DNA of 64,000 bases from Prochlorococcus sp. AG-409-L21 (GCA_003215475.1 QCKH01000001.1:76085-140084), one strand, 5' to 3'; positions 21,383 to 29,713 are shown, counted from the first letter of the stretch. Numbers and translations: made by a program. The notes: generated by a model not told the origin, from the letters alone.

Positions 21383-22020
21383 CTGATATTCAAAAGCAAT
21401 TTATCTATTTGTTTAAAACATAATTCAATATTGCCACAATTATCAATAATATTGTCAGCTAATTTCTTTTTCTTATCTAAAGATAATTGTGACTCAATTC
21501 TTACTTGTGCTTGTTTATGATTCAACCCATTTCGAAGCATTAGACGTTCATATTGTTGATTAGAGTTACAATATATTAACCAAGTTTCATTGCATAAATC
21601 AGTAAATTTTGCCTCAAATAATAATGGTATGATCATTGCTATAACAGGATAACTTTTATATTTTTTTATATCTTCTTTCAATCTTGTTTTAATAATTGGA
21701 TGCAAAATTTTTTCTAGCCATTCTTTTTCATTCTTTTTAGAAAATATTATCTCTGCCAGAGCATATCTATTAATCTTGTGGTTACCATTACTTTGACTGA
21801 TGATTGCCTTTCCATACCTATTAATAACCATTTTGGCTGCATCTTGATCAATATTTAGTGCTTCGTGTGAGTAAATATCTGCATCAAGAATGGGTATATT
21901 TTTTTCATCTGATAAATATTTGCCCACAACAGTCTTTCCACTAGCAATACCTCCAGTAATTGCTATGCGACGTTGAATTCCTTTCCAACGTTTTGGAAAT
22001 GTACTGTTTGAAACTTGGAC
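21379..22020 (-). CDS. coaE: Dephospho-CoA kinase; true start lies upstream of the ORF-track call and is uncertain
   Basis: In-frame extension upstream of 21927 reads ...RWKGIQRRIAITGGIASGKTVVGKY (P-loop); also DAD, LHP and IPLLFE motifs. Confidence 0.9.
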   Translation of the reverse strand, partial: VQVSNSTFPKRWKGIQRRIAITGGIASGKTVVGKYLSDEKNIPILDADIYSHEALNIDQDAAKMVINRYGKAIISQSNGNHKINRYALAEIIFSKKNEKEWLEKILHPIIKTRLKEDIKKYKSYPVIAMIIPLLFEAKFTDLCNETWLIYCNSNQQYERLMLRNGLNHKQAQVRIESQLSLDKKKKLADNIIDNCGNIELCFKQIDKLLLNIS

Positions 22021-22064
22021 GAAATAGCGGAGGATATATAAAGCTTACTTTCTCAGGCATTGTC

Positions 22065-23309
22065 TTGAGTAATTTTGAATCACCTAATACTTGGTCTTTT
22101 ATTTCAGGTGGGATAACCGCTCCCACTGGTTTTTATGCGTCCGGAGTTTCTGCTGGGCTTAAACCTTCAGAGAAATTAGATCTTGCAGTTATCCTTGCAC
22201 CTCCTGATGCAGTATGTGCAGGGACTTTTACTCAATCTTTAGTTCGAGCAAAGTGTATAGATCTTTGTATGGAACGTTTGTCTCATATGTCTGGGCATGT
22301 CAGAGCAGTCCTAATTAACTCAGGACAAGCTAATGCTTGTACTGGTTTGCGAAGTTTAAGTGACAGTATGACTGCAACAAAAGCTCTTGCTGAAGCATTA
22401 GGTCTTTCTGAAGAAGAAGTACTCATTTGTTCAACTGGTGTGATAGGTCAGTCAATTCCTATGAAAAATCTTCTTCAGGGGATTACTCCTCTTGTTAATG
22501 GTATTAGCCGGGACGGTGGTTCTGATGCTGCTCATGCAATTTTGACTACTGATTTGACAGATAAACAGATTGCTATTGAAGCTAATTTAGGAGGTAGACG
22601 TGTATGTATTGGAGGTATAGCGAAAGGCTCAGGGATGATTTATCCAAACATGGCTACTATGCTTGGATTTTTATCTTGTGATGTTGGCTTGCCTCATGAT
22701 GTATGGCAAGCAATGATCAAGCGAACTGTTGATTGTTCTTTTAATTCAATAAGTGTTGATGGAGATACAAGCACTAATGATTCTTTTCTGGCTTTTGCTG
22801 CGGGAAAATTATTAGATAAAAAGTATTTTGATGAGATTGAAAATGGTTTAAAGATAGTTGCTACTTTTCTTGCTAAATCAATAGCTAGAGATGGTGAAGG
22901 AGCTAATTGTTTGATTGAAGTAGAAGTTCAGGGAGCACACAAAAATACTGACGCAAATATTATTGCTCGCAATATATGTAATTCTTCATTAGTAAAAACT
23001 GCAATTCATGGCTGTGATCCTAATTGGGGTAGAATCCTAGCAGCTGCAGGTTGTGCTGGGATTAACTTTTCTTTAGAAGAAGTTTCTCTGTGGATTGGTC
23101 CTTTTAGATTGATGAAGAATGGAACCCCAGTTGAATATGATAATAATGTTGTAGTGACTTATATGAAGGAAACAATAAAAGCTAGTAATTTAAATGATAA
23201 TACAATCTCCATTAGATTATTAATTGGAAAGGGGAATCAATCTTCTATAGCTTGGGGTTGTGACCTATCATCTGAATATGTAAATATCAATAGTGAATAT
23301 ACTACATAA
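22065..23309 (+). CDS. argJ: Bifunctional ornithine acetyltransferase/N-acetylglutamate synthase (likely TTG start at 22065)
   Basis: NSGQANACTG, STGVIG, KGSGMIYPNMATML, DGDTSTND, DGEGA, C-terminal YVNINSEYTT. Confidence 0.97.
   Translation: MSNFESPNTWSFISGGITAPTGFYASGVSAGLKPSEKLDLAVILAPPDAVCAGTFTQSLVRAKCIDLCMERLSHMSGHVRAVLINSGQANACTGLRSLSDSMTATKALAEALGLSEEEVLICSTGVIGQSIPMKNLLQGITPLVNGISRDGGSDAAHAILTTDLTDKQIAIEANLGGRRVCIGGIAKGSGMIYPNMATMLGFLSCDVGLPHDVWQAMIKRTVDCSFNSISVDGDTSTNDSFLAFAAGKLLDKKYFDEIENGLKIVATFLAKSIARDGEGANCLIEVEVQGAHKNTDANIIARNICNSSLVKTAIHGCDPNWGRILAAAGCAGINFSLEEVSLWIGPFRLMKNGTPVEYDNNVVVTYMKETIKASNLNDNTISIRLLIGKGNQSSIAWGCDLSSEYVNINSEYTT
23289..23309 (+). repeat. attL-like copy (current argJ end, NSEYTT*)
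   Basis: 18/21 identical to 24514-24534. Confidence 0.85.
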
Positions 23310-23356
23310 ACTCAGACCTGTTGCGCTGCAACGAATTTGGGGATTTATTTTAATTC

Positions 23357-23375
23357 ATAAACCGCAAATAAACCG
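23357..23375 (+). repeat. Left arm-type repeat pair ATAAACCG x2, 11-bp period
   Basis: ataaaccg at 23357-23364 and 23368-23375. Confidence 0.75.
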
Positions 23376-23457
23376 GTTTAAAAATTATTCATTAATTCCT
23401 CGCAGAAAGTTTTAAGAACTTACATTAAAATTTATTCGTATATTCCAAAAAACTTAT

Positions 23458-24345
23458 ATGGAAATTTCATATGGACATATCGATGGAATTAAAATCGGAC
23501 AAATTTTTGAGACTCGTCAAGCGCTAATTGATGCGGGAATGCATCCACATAGAGAAGCAGGAATTTGGGGAAGTAGTAAACATGCAGCATGCTCAATTGT
23601 TTTATCAGGAGGATATGAAGATGATTTAGATGAATTAGATTTTGTTTTATATACGGGACATGGTGGACAGAAAAATAAAGTTCAAGTTGTTGATCAAGAT
23701 TTTTCTGCCAAAAGAGGTTGGGGAAATAAAGGTCTTGTAATTAGTTATGAGTCTAATTTGCCCGTTCGAGTTATCAGGGGTTATCAGATTGATAATGGAC
23801 CAACTTCAGGTTATAGATATGACGGATTATATTATGTTGAGAAATATGAGAGGGTAAGAGGAAAAAGTGGATATTTTGTTTGTCGCTTTTATTTAAGAAG
23901 TGAATTACAAATTCAACCTTTAGAAAATCAACTAAAATCCAATTTAAAAAAAACTTATAAGAGTGCACCTAGAGCAAAATCTATTGTTGATCGAACTGTA
24001 AGATCTCAAAGAAATGTAGATGCAATAAAAAAGATGTATTCATATAGATGCCAAGTTTGTGGTATCCAATTGGATGCTCCTGATAGATTACCTATTTGTA
24101 TTGGTGCACATATAAAAGGGATTGGTTTTCCAACTAGAGGTCCTGATGAAGTTGAAAATATGCTTTGCTTATGTCCTAATCATCATGACCAATTTGATGC
24201 TTTTGCTTTTACTATCAATCCTGAAAATTTTAAAATAATAGGTTTGAATGAATTTAATGATAAAAAGATTCAGTTAAATAAAAAACATAATATTGATCAG
24301 CAATTTCTTCAATATCATTTTGACGAATATGAAAAGCATTATTAA
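23458..24345 (+). CDS. SRA(YDG)-HNH modification-dependent (type IV-like) restriction endonuclease
   Basis: SRA motifs GHIDG..GQIF, AGIWG, SIVLSGGYEDD, YTGHGG, PVRVIRG, YRYDGLY; C-terminal zinc-HNH CQVC..GAHI..NMLCLCPNHH. Confidence 0.92.
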   Translation: MEISYGHIDGIKIGQIFETRQALIDAGMHPHREAGIWGSSKHAACSIVLSGGYEDDLDELDFVLYTGHGGQKNKVQVVDQDFSAKRGWGNKGLVISYESNLPVRVIRGYQIDNGPTSGYRYDGLYYVEKYERVRGKSGYFVCRFYLRSELQIQPLENQLKSNLKKTYKSAPRAKSIVDRTVRSQRNVDAIKKMYSYRCQVCGIQLDAPDRLPICIGAHIKGIGFPTRGPDEVENMLCLCPNHHDQFDAFAFTINPENFKIIGLNEFNDKKIQLNKKHNIDQQFLQYHFDEYEKHY

Positions 24346-24374
24346 TCAAAACTTTTAATCCAAATTTCGATTTG

Positions 24375-24457
24375 AATAAACCACTAATAAACCACCGCCC
24401 TAGTTATATCAATCGTTTTCAGATATTAAAATTCAAATAAACCACCAATAAACCACT
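24375..24457 (+). repeat. Right arm-type repeats AATAAACCAC(T/C) x4, in two tandem pairs
   Basis: Copies at 24375, 24386, 24436 and 24447; 11-bp period within each pair. Confidence 0.85.
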
Positions 24458-24501
24458 AACTCAATCCTTGAGATCTATTGGTATGACTCAATTTTATCCT
24501 G

Positions 24502-24534
24502 TATGTTTTTATGAATAGCGAGTATACTACTTAA
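24502..24534 (+). repeat. attR-like displaced copy of the argJ 3' end (YVFMNSEYTT*)
   Basis: tat gtt ttt atg aat agc gag tat act act taa versus argJ tat gta aat atc aat agt gaa tat act aca taa. Confidence 0.85.
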
Positions 24535-24836
24535 AGCCTAAATCGATGTAATGCGAATGCTTCCAGAGGATCCGTATTTCTTGCTCACAGCTCATTAAAA
24601 GAAATTAGGTTTTTACTGCATTTTTAAAAAGTAAAAATATATTGCTCACAGTACTGAACAACTGAGAAACTTTGAGATAATTGGATTTTTTTCAATTAAA
24701 TTAATTTGCTTAGTACGAAGACTTTAAAGATGTATAACTCATAGAGTTTTTTAAGTTAACTTGTTACCAATCTTTGATTATGCTGAAAAGAACTTAAAAT
24801 ATCTTTTGTAGGAGATTTTAGAATTAAATAGATGTT

Positions 24837-25964
24837 ATGAATAAACCAAAGAAAGCATTAATAACTGGAATCACAGGTCAAGATGGGAGTTATCTTGCTG
24901 AGCTACTTTTAGAAAAAGGTTATGAAGTTCATGGTATTAAAAGACGATCAAGTAGTTTCAATACAAGCCGTATTGATCATCTTTATCAAGATCCTCATGA
25001 GTTAAATGCACGTTTTATTCTTCATTATGGTGACTTAACTGATACACCGAATTTAATTAGTATTATTCAGCAAGTTGAACCTGATGAGATATATAACTTG
25101 GGAGCTCAAAGTCATGTTGCTGTTAGCTTTGAGACTCCCGAATATACTGCTAACTGTGATGGTATAGGCACCTTAAGAATTCTTGATGCAGTGCGCGTAT
25201 TAGGGTTTACAAAGAAAACCCGTCTTTATCAAGCAAGTACTAGTGAATTATATGGTCTTGTGCAAGAAATACCTCAATCAGAGAACACTAGATTTTATCC
25301 CCGGAGTCCTTATGCAGTAGCTAAATTATATGCTTATTGGATTACTGTAAATTATCGAGAAGCTTATGGCATGTATGCTTGTAACGGAATACTTTTTAAT
25401 CATGAATCGCCTAGAAGAGGGGAAACATTTGTTACACGTAAAATCACAAGAGGATTGTCGAGGATAGATACAGGTTTAGATCAAAGTCTTTATATAGGAA
25501 ATTTAGATTCTTTACGTGATTGGGGGCATGCTAAAGATTATGTAGAGATGCAATGGTTAATGCTTCAGCAAGATCATCCTGAAGATTTTGTTATAGCTAC
25601 TGGTCGACAAGAAAGTGTAAGAAGATTTATTGAACTTACTGCTATAGAGCTGGGATGGGGAGGGATCGACTGGCATGGGGAAGGTGTGAATGAAATTGGT
25701 CGTCGAAGTGATACTGGCCAAGATATTATTCGTATTGATTCTCGTTATTTCCGTCCAACTGAGGTTACAACTTTATTGGGTGATCCTACGAAAGCACATA
25801 TTAAGTTGGGTTGGAAGCCTACTACTACTTTAGAAGAATTAGTTGCAGAAATGGTATCTGTAGATAAAGAAGAAGCAGCTAAGGAGGCGTTATTAAATAG
25901 TGAGGGATTTTCAGTAATTAGTCCGATCGAATCTCCACCTTCTAATTCAAACTTAAAAAAGTAA
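24837..25964 (+). CDS. gmd: GDP-mannose 4,6-dehydratase
   Basis: [51 protein letters not shown]. Confidence 0.97.
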   Translation: MNKPKKALITGITGQDGSYLAELLLEKGYEVHGIKRRSSSFNTSRIDHLYQDPHELNARFILHYGDLTDTPNLISIIQQVEPDEIYNLGAQSHVAVSFETPEYTANCDGIGTLRILDAVRVLGFTKKTRLYQASTSELYGLVQEIPQSENTRFYPRSPYAVAKLYAYWITVNYREAYGMYACNGILFNHESPRRGETFVTRKITRGLSRIDTGLDQSLYIGNLDSLRDWGHAKDYVEMQWLMLQQDHPEDFVIATGRQESVRRFIELTAIELGWGGIDWHGEGVNEIGRRSDTGQDIIRIDSRYFRPTEVTTLLGDPTKAHIKLGWKPTTTLEELVAEMVSVDKEEAAKEALLNSEGFSVISPIESPPSNSNLKK

Positions 25965-25968
25965 AACT

Positions 25969-26973
25969 TTGAATTCAAAAATATTATTAAATTTCAAAGA
26001 AAAAATTTTTATTGCCGGTCATTCTGGGATGGTTGGTTCATCAATTGTTAGGGCTTTAAGAAAACAAGGATATAATAATCTCCTAACTATTAACCGTAAA
26101 AGATTAGATTTATTAGATTCAGGATCAGTAGAATCTTTTTTTAAAATTAATCAGCCTAAAATAGTTATTATTGCAGCTGCTAAAGTAGGTGGGATCATCG
26201 CTAATAATACTTATCCAGTAGAGTTCCTTCTTGAAAACATAAAAATACAAAATAATCTAATAGAAAATGCATGGAAATATGGATGTAAGCGTTTATTATT
26301 TTTAGGAAGTAGTTGCATTTATCCAAAACTTGCCTCTCAGCCTATAAGCGAAGAATCTCTTCTCACAGGTTCTCTTGAACCTACAAATGAATATTATGCA
26401 ATAGCTAAAATAGCAGGATTGAAGCTTTGTCAGGCTTTGCGAATCCAGTATGGATTTGATGCAATTACATTAATGCCGACAAATCTTTATGGGCCAGGTG
26501 ATAATTACCATGAACAAAATAGTCATGTTTTACCAGCAATGATAAGAAGATTTTCTGATGCGTTGAACCAAGGAGATAAGAGTGTGACTTGCTGGGGTTC
26601 TGGTTTACCTTATCGAGAGTTTTTACATGTTGATGATTTAGCGGATGCTTGCTTATTCGCACTTAAGTATTGGGATCCAACTTCCAAAAGTGCTCCTAAA
26701 AATTTGGATGGTTCATCATTGAATTTGCTTAATGTTGGGACTGGCTCTGAAATACAAATTAAAAATCTTGCACATCTCATTGCAAAAATGATTGGTTTTG
26801 AAGGTCGCATTGAATGGGATTTAACTAAGCCTGATGGAACTCCAAGAAAGCAATTAGATATTTCAAATATAAGTGATTTAGGGTGGTCTCCTAGTATTTC
26901 CTTAGAACAGGGGTTAATGAATACTATTAATGATTACTATCATCAATTAAAAACCAATAATATTCGCGCTTAA
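25969..26973 (+). CDS. fcl: GDP-L-fucose synthase
   Basis: AGHSGMVGS, AAAKVGGI, LGSSCIYPK, YAIAK, PTNLYGPGDN, KPDGTPRK. Confidence 0.95.
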   Translation: MNSKILLNFKEKIFIAGHSGMVGSSIVRALRKQGYNNLLTINRKRLDLLDSGSVESFFKINQPKIVIIAAAKVGGIIANNTYPVEFLLENIKIQNNLIENAWKYGCKRLLFLGSSCIYPKLASQPISEESLLTGSLEPTNEYYAIAKIAGLKLCQALRIQYGFDAITLMPTNLYGPGDNYHEQNSHVLPAMIRRFSDALNQGDKSVTCWGSGLPYREFLHVDDLADACLFALKYWDPTSKSAPKNLDGSSLNLLNVGTGSEIQIKNLAHLIAKMIGFEGRIEWDLTKPDGTPRKQLDISNISDLGWSPSISLEQGLMNTINDYYHQLKTNNIRA

Positions 26974-27007
26974 TTAATTACTCTAACTAACAAATTTTTT
27001 AAATTAA

Positions 27008-27280
27008 TTGTGAGAGGGCCTTCCAGCCCTCAGGGATCATTTGGTTGATAAGGCTGTCCTCACCCCATCTCCCTTATAGGGTCAAGCAGCAACAGGGGCT
27101 GTTTGACGGGAGAAACTAACGATTTTGTTAGCAGTTATGGTTTTGCTCTAACCGAGCCGGCTTCAGTCAGACTCCTTGAACCCCGTCGAAGCCATTGCAG
27201 CCCCCAAAAATGGAGCTGAGCGGAATCGAACCGCTGTCCGAGATACTGGTGTGAATCACCTAGTCCATTAAAAATGGACA
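27008..27280 (-). ncRNA. ssrA: Two-piece (circularly permuted) tmRNA; outer ends approximate
   Basis: Minus strand: T-arm and acceptor 3' half ggttcgattccgctcagctcca ends at 27211, then GGGGCTG 5' half starts at 27204 (G3.U70 Ala determinant); tag frame 27132-27082 encodes ANKIVSFSRQTAPVAA*. Confidence 0.95.
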
Positions 27281-27366
27281 AATATATTCTGACAGATTCT
27301 TAGAACACTATTAATTTAATGCAAACAAATTCTCAAAATCTTCGTCTTTCTTTTTAAATTAAAGAC

Positions 27367-28491
27367 ATGAAAATTGTTGCTGTTTTGCCTGAAGGTCTAG
27401 AAGAAGAAGGGGTTTTGGAATTGAATAGCCTTGGAGCAGAATCGATTAACAAATCTAGAGGAATTGTTAAGTTTGAGGCTGACTTAGCTTGTTTTTATCG
27501 TCTTCATTTCCAAGCAAGGTTGCCATTTCGCTTTTTGCGAGAAGTGAGCCAATTTACTCTTAAAGGAAAAGAATCACTTTATGATTCAATTCAAAATGCA
27601 TTTGATTGGAAAAATTGGCTAAATCCTTCTAAAAGTTTTCGTGTAGATGTTTCTGGAGTTAGTGAACAACTAAGGCATACTCATTTCACTGCATTGCAAG
27701 TTAAAAATGCTTTGGTTGATTTACAAAGAAGTATCTGGGGGAAACGCTCTAATATTGATTTAATTAGTCCAGATATCTGCATTCATTTACATTTGCATTA
27801 TAATAATGCAATTTTAAGCTTAGATAGTTCTTCGAATAGTTTACATAGAAGAGGCTATCGATCTGCAATGGGAATTGCTCCCCTTAAGGAGAATATTGCT
27901 TCTGGATTATTAATGCTTTCAAATTGGGATGATTCATTATCTTTAGTAGATCCACTATGTGGATCGGCAACATTTCTTATAGAAGCAGTTTCTATTGCTA
28001 GATATAAATCCCCAGGCTTAAATAGATCATTTCTATTTGAGAATTGGCCAGACTTTGATAAGAAAATATTCTCAGAAGAGATGCTTAGAGCAAGACATCT
28101 TTTTTCACCTAATAAAAAACTACCTCGGATTGTTGGATTTGAGGTAAATAGTGATATAGCAAATCAAGCAATTCATAATATAAATCAAGCAGGATTTGAT
28201 AAGGACATTGAAATAAATATCGGACACTTTAGTGAAGTTAAATTTCCACAATCACCAGGGATTATTGTTTGCAATCCACCTTATGGAAAACGAGTTGGAA
28301 AATCTAAAGACTTACAGGCTATGTATAAGGAATTTGGTGCTTTTCTAAAAAATAATGCTTCTGGATGGGATTTATGGTTGTTAAATGGCAATCCTACACT
28401 AAGTAGTTTTCTTGGCATGAAGTGTTCTAAGCGTATTCCAATAAGTAATGGAGGTATTGATTGTAGATGGTTACATTATCAAATTCATTGA
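27367..28491 (+). CDS. THUMP-domain RNA methyltransferase (RlmL-like)
   Basis: SLHRRGYR, APLKENIA, DPLCGSATF, NPPYG. Confidence 0.9.
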   Translation: MKIVAVLPEGLEEEGVLELNSLGAESINKSRGIVKFEADLACFYRLHFQARLPFRFLREVSQFTLKGKESLYDSIQNAFDWKNWLNPSKSFRVDVSGVSEQLRHTHFTALQVKNALVDLQRSIWGKRSNIDLISPDICIHLHLHYNNAILSLDSSSNSLHRRGYRSAMGIAPLKENIASGLLMLSNWDDSLSLVDPLCGSATFLIEAVSIARYKSPGLNRSFLFENWPDFDKKIFSEEMLRARHLFSPNKKLPRIVGFEVNSDIANQAIHNINQAGFDKDIEINIGHFSEVKFPQSPGIIVCNPPYGKRVGKSKDLQAMYKEFGAFLKNNASGWDLWLLNGNPTLSSFLGMKCSKRIPISNGGIDCRWLHYQIH

Positions 28492-28874
28492 GGCTTGCCG
28501 AAAACCGCTTTTGTACTTTTTGAGAGTCCTTCTAATGTTTCTGGTAAATATGGTCCTTTTGTTAGATATCCTCCTAATCGCAAGCTTATTCCAGCCAAAG
28601 TTATATCTATTAAAGACAAAATAAGTAATGAAGTTTCTATATTTAAATTGAAGGTTCTTTGCATCCATATAAGTAAAATTATTTGCAAAGCTAACAATGT
28701 AAATAACATAAGAATTCCTCCCATTGCTAGAAAGATACCACCGCTGATTAATCGTCTTTTTTCACGGTCAACTTCCTTTAGTGCAATTCGAACATGAAGA
28801 TCCATAATCGAACTGGCTAGTGCTGTAACTCTTGCAGCTGCTCCTATGCTTTGAGACTTTTGAGCATCTTTCAT
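28485..28874 (-). CDS. Two-TM membrane protein, YqjE/phage-holin-like family
   Basis: HVRIALKEV..EK followed by two hydrophobic helices and a PET motif; abuts the upstream YqjD-like gene. Confidence 0.7.
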   Translation of the reverse strand: MKDAQKSQSIGAAARVTALASSIMDLHVRIALKEVDREKRRLISGGIFLAMGGILMLFTLLALQIILLIWMQRTFNLNIETSLLILSLIDITLAGISLRLGGYLTKGPYLPETLEGLSKSTKAVFGKPQ

Positions 28875-29339
28875 TTAAGGTCTTCTCCCTCCGGACATAA
28901 GAATTCCTAATATGACACCGAACGCTGTTGCTATGCCAATTGCAATTAATGGTCTTTTACGGACTGGTTGCTCTATTCGAGGTCTAAGAGTTGTATTCAA
29001 TTCATCTAATAAATCTTCCAATTGCTTTTCTAATGGTTCCAAGCTTTCTGCAAGACTTTTTGTGCGATCACTAGCTGTATTTAAAAGATCTTCTAATTGT
29101 TCAATAACACCACTAGATGTTTTTCCGGAATGAATTGAAATGACTTTTACTAATTCATCGAGGCTACCTCTAGTTGCCTCTATTGTTTGTTTTGCGAGGT
29201 CAGGCCATTCTTCTTGGATCTTTGGCAGCAAGTCATCGAATTGCTCGTTAAACCATTGGCTGGAAAGACTTTTACCCTCAGAGGTTGGAGTTTCAACTGA
29301 TGCCTGGGCTTCGCATGACGGGGAATTCTCGGATTCCAT
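28875..29339 (-). CDS. DUF883/YqjD/ElaB-like protein with C-terminal membrane anchor
   Basis: Helical acidic body ending VRKRPLIAIGIATAFGVILGILMSGGRRP. Confidence 0.75.
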   Translation of the reverse strand: MESENSPSCEAQASVETPTSEGKSLSSQWFNEQFDDLLPKIQEEWPDLAKQTIEATRGSLDELVKVISIHSGKTSSGVIEQLEDLLNTASDRTKSLAESLEPLEKQLEDLLDELNTTLRPRIEQPVRKRPLIAIGIATAFGVILGILMSGGRRP

Positions 29340-29581
29340 AATTTCCAGACTGTTTGTTTAAGCCTAGTGAGCTATTGAGTTACAGGGAACCCTAATACAA
29401 GTTCATTCTTTCAAATCGCAGCAAAGAGTCAAGTCACCAAATACTTTAAAATGCAGGCATATTCTTTGATTATCTTGCTTTTGCTTCTGATTTAATAACA
29501 TTCATACGTCGTCTTTGCTTACATTTATTGCTATTTGAAGCCTTCTAGTGCTAAAGATCTTGTGTATTTAATTTTGTAATC

Positions 29582-29713
29582 ATGGACGTTGGGTTTTCTG
29601 CAATGTTTTTTGCGTCCAATACCATTCCTACAGATTTTGGTTTAGTTCTCGCTGCTATAGCAGGTGCTGGAAGCTTGCTTCTAATTGCCTTGAGATTTGT
29701 TCCCAGTGATTAA
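29582..29713 (+). CDS. Small 43-aa single-TM protein (not in ORF track)
   Basis: MDVGFSAMFFASNTIPTDFGLVLAAIAGAGSLLLIALRFVPSD*; GC-richer than its flanks, clean TM helix. Confidence 0.65.
   Translation: MDVGFSAMFFASNTIPTDFGLVLAAIAGAGSLLLIALRFVPSD

Larger units (their letters stand above)
23277..24534. mobile_element. Minimal non-autonomous integrative element inserted in the argJ 3' end, carrying an SRA-HNH gene
   Basis: Flanking direct repeat of the argJ terminal codons (23289-23309 aatagtgaatatactacataa vs 24514-24534 aatagcgagtatactacttaa), internal 11-bp-phased repeats at both ends, single cargo ORF, no integrase. Confidence 0.8.

Noticed and set aside
21960-22064. 35-aa N-terminal extension of ArgJ in the ORF track
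   Set aside because: Overlaps the coaE 5' region on the opposite strand; ArgJ-like sequence begins at about TTG 22065
24375-24457. Repeats considered as a mini CRISPR array or plasmid iterons
   Set aside because: Units are 11 bp and directly tandem, with no spacers of regular length and no cas or rep gene; position inside att-like ends fits arm-type sites better
28485-28874. Holin-like gene as evidence of a prophage
   Set aside because: No endolysin, structural or integrase genes nearby; context matches a cellular yqjD/yqjE-like pair
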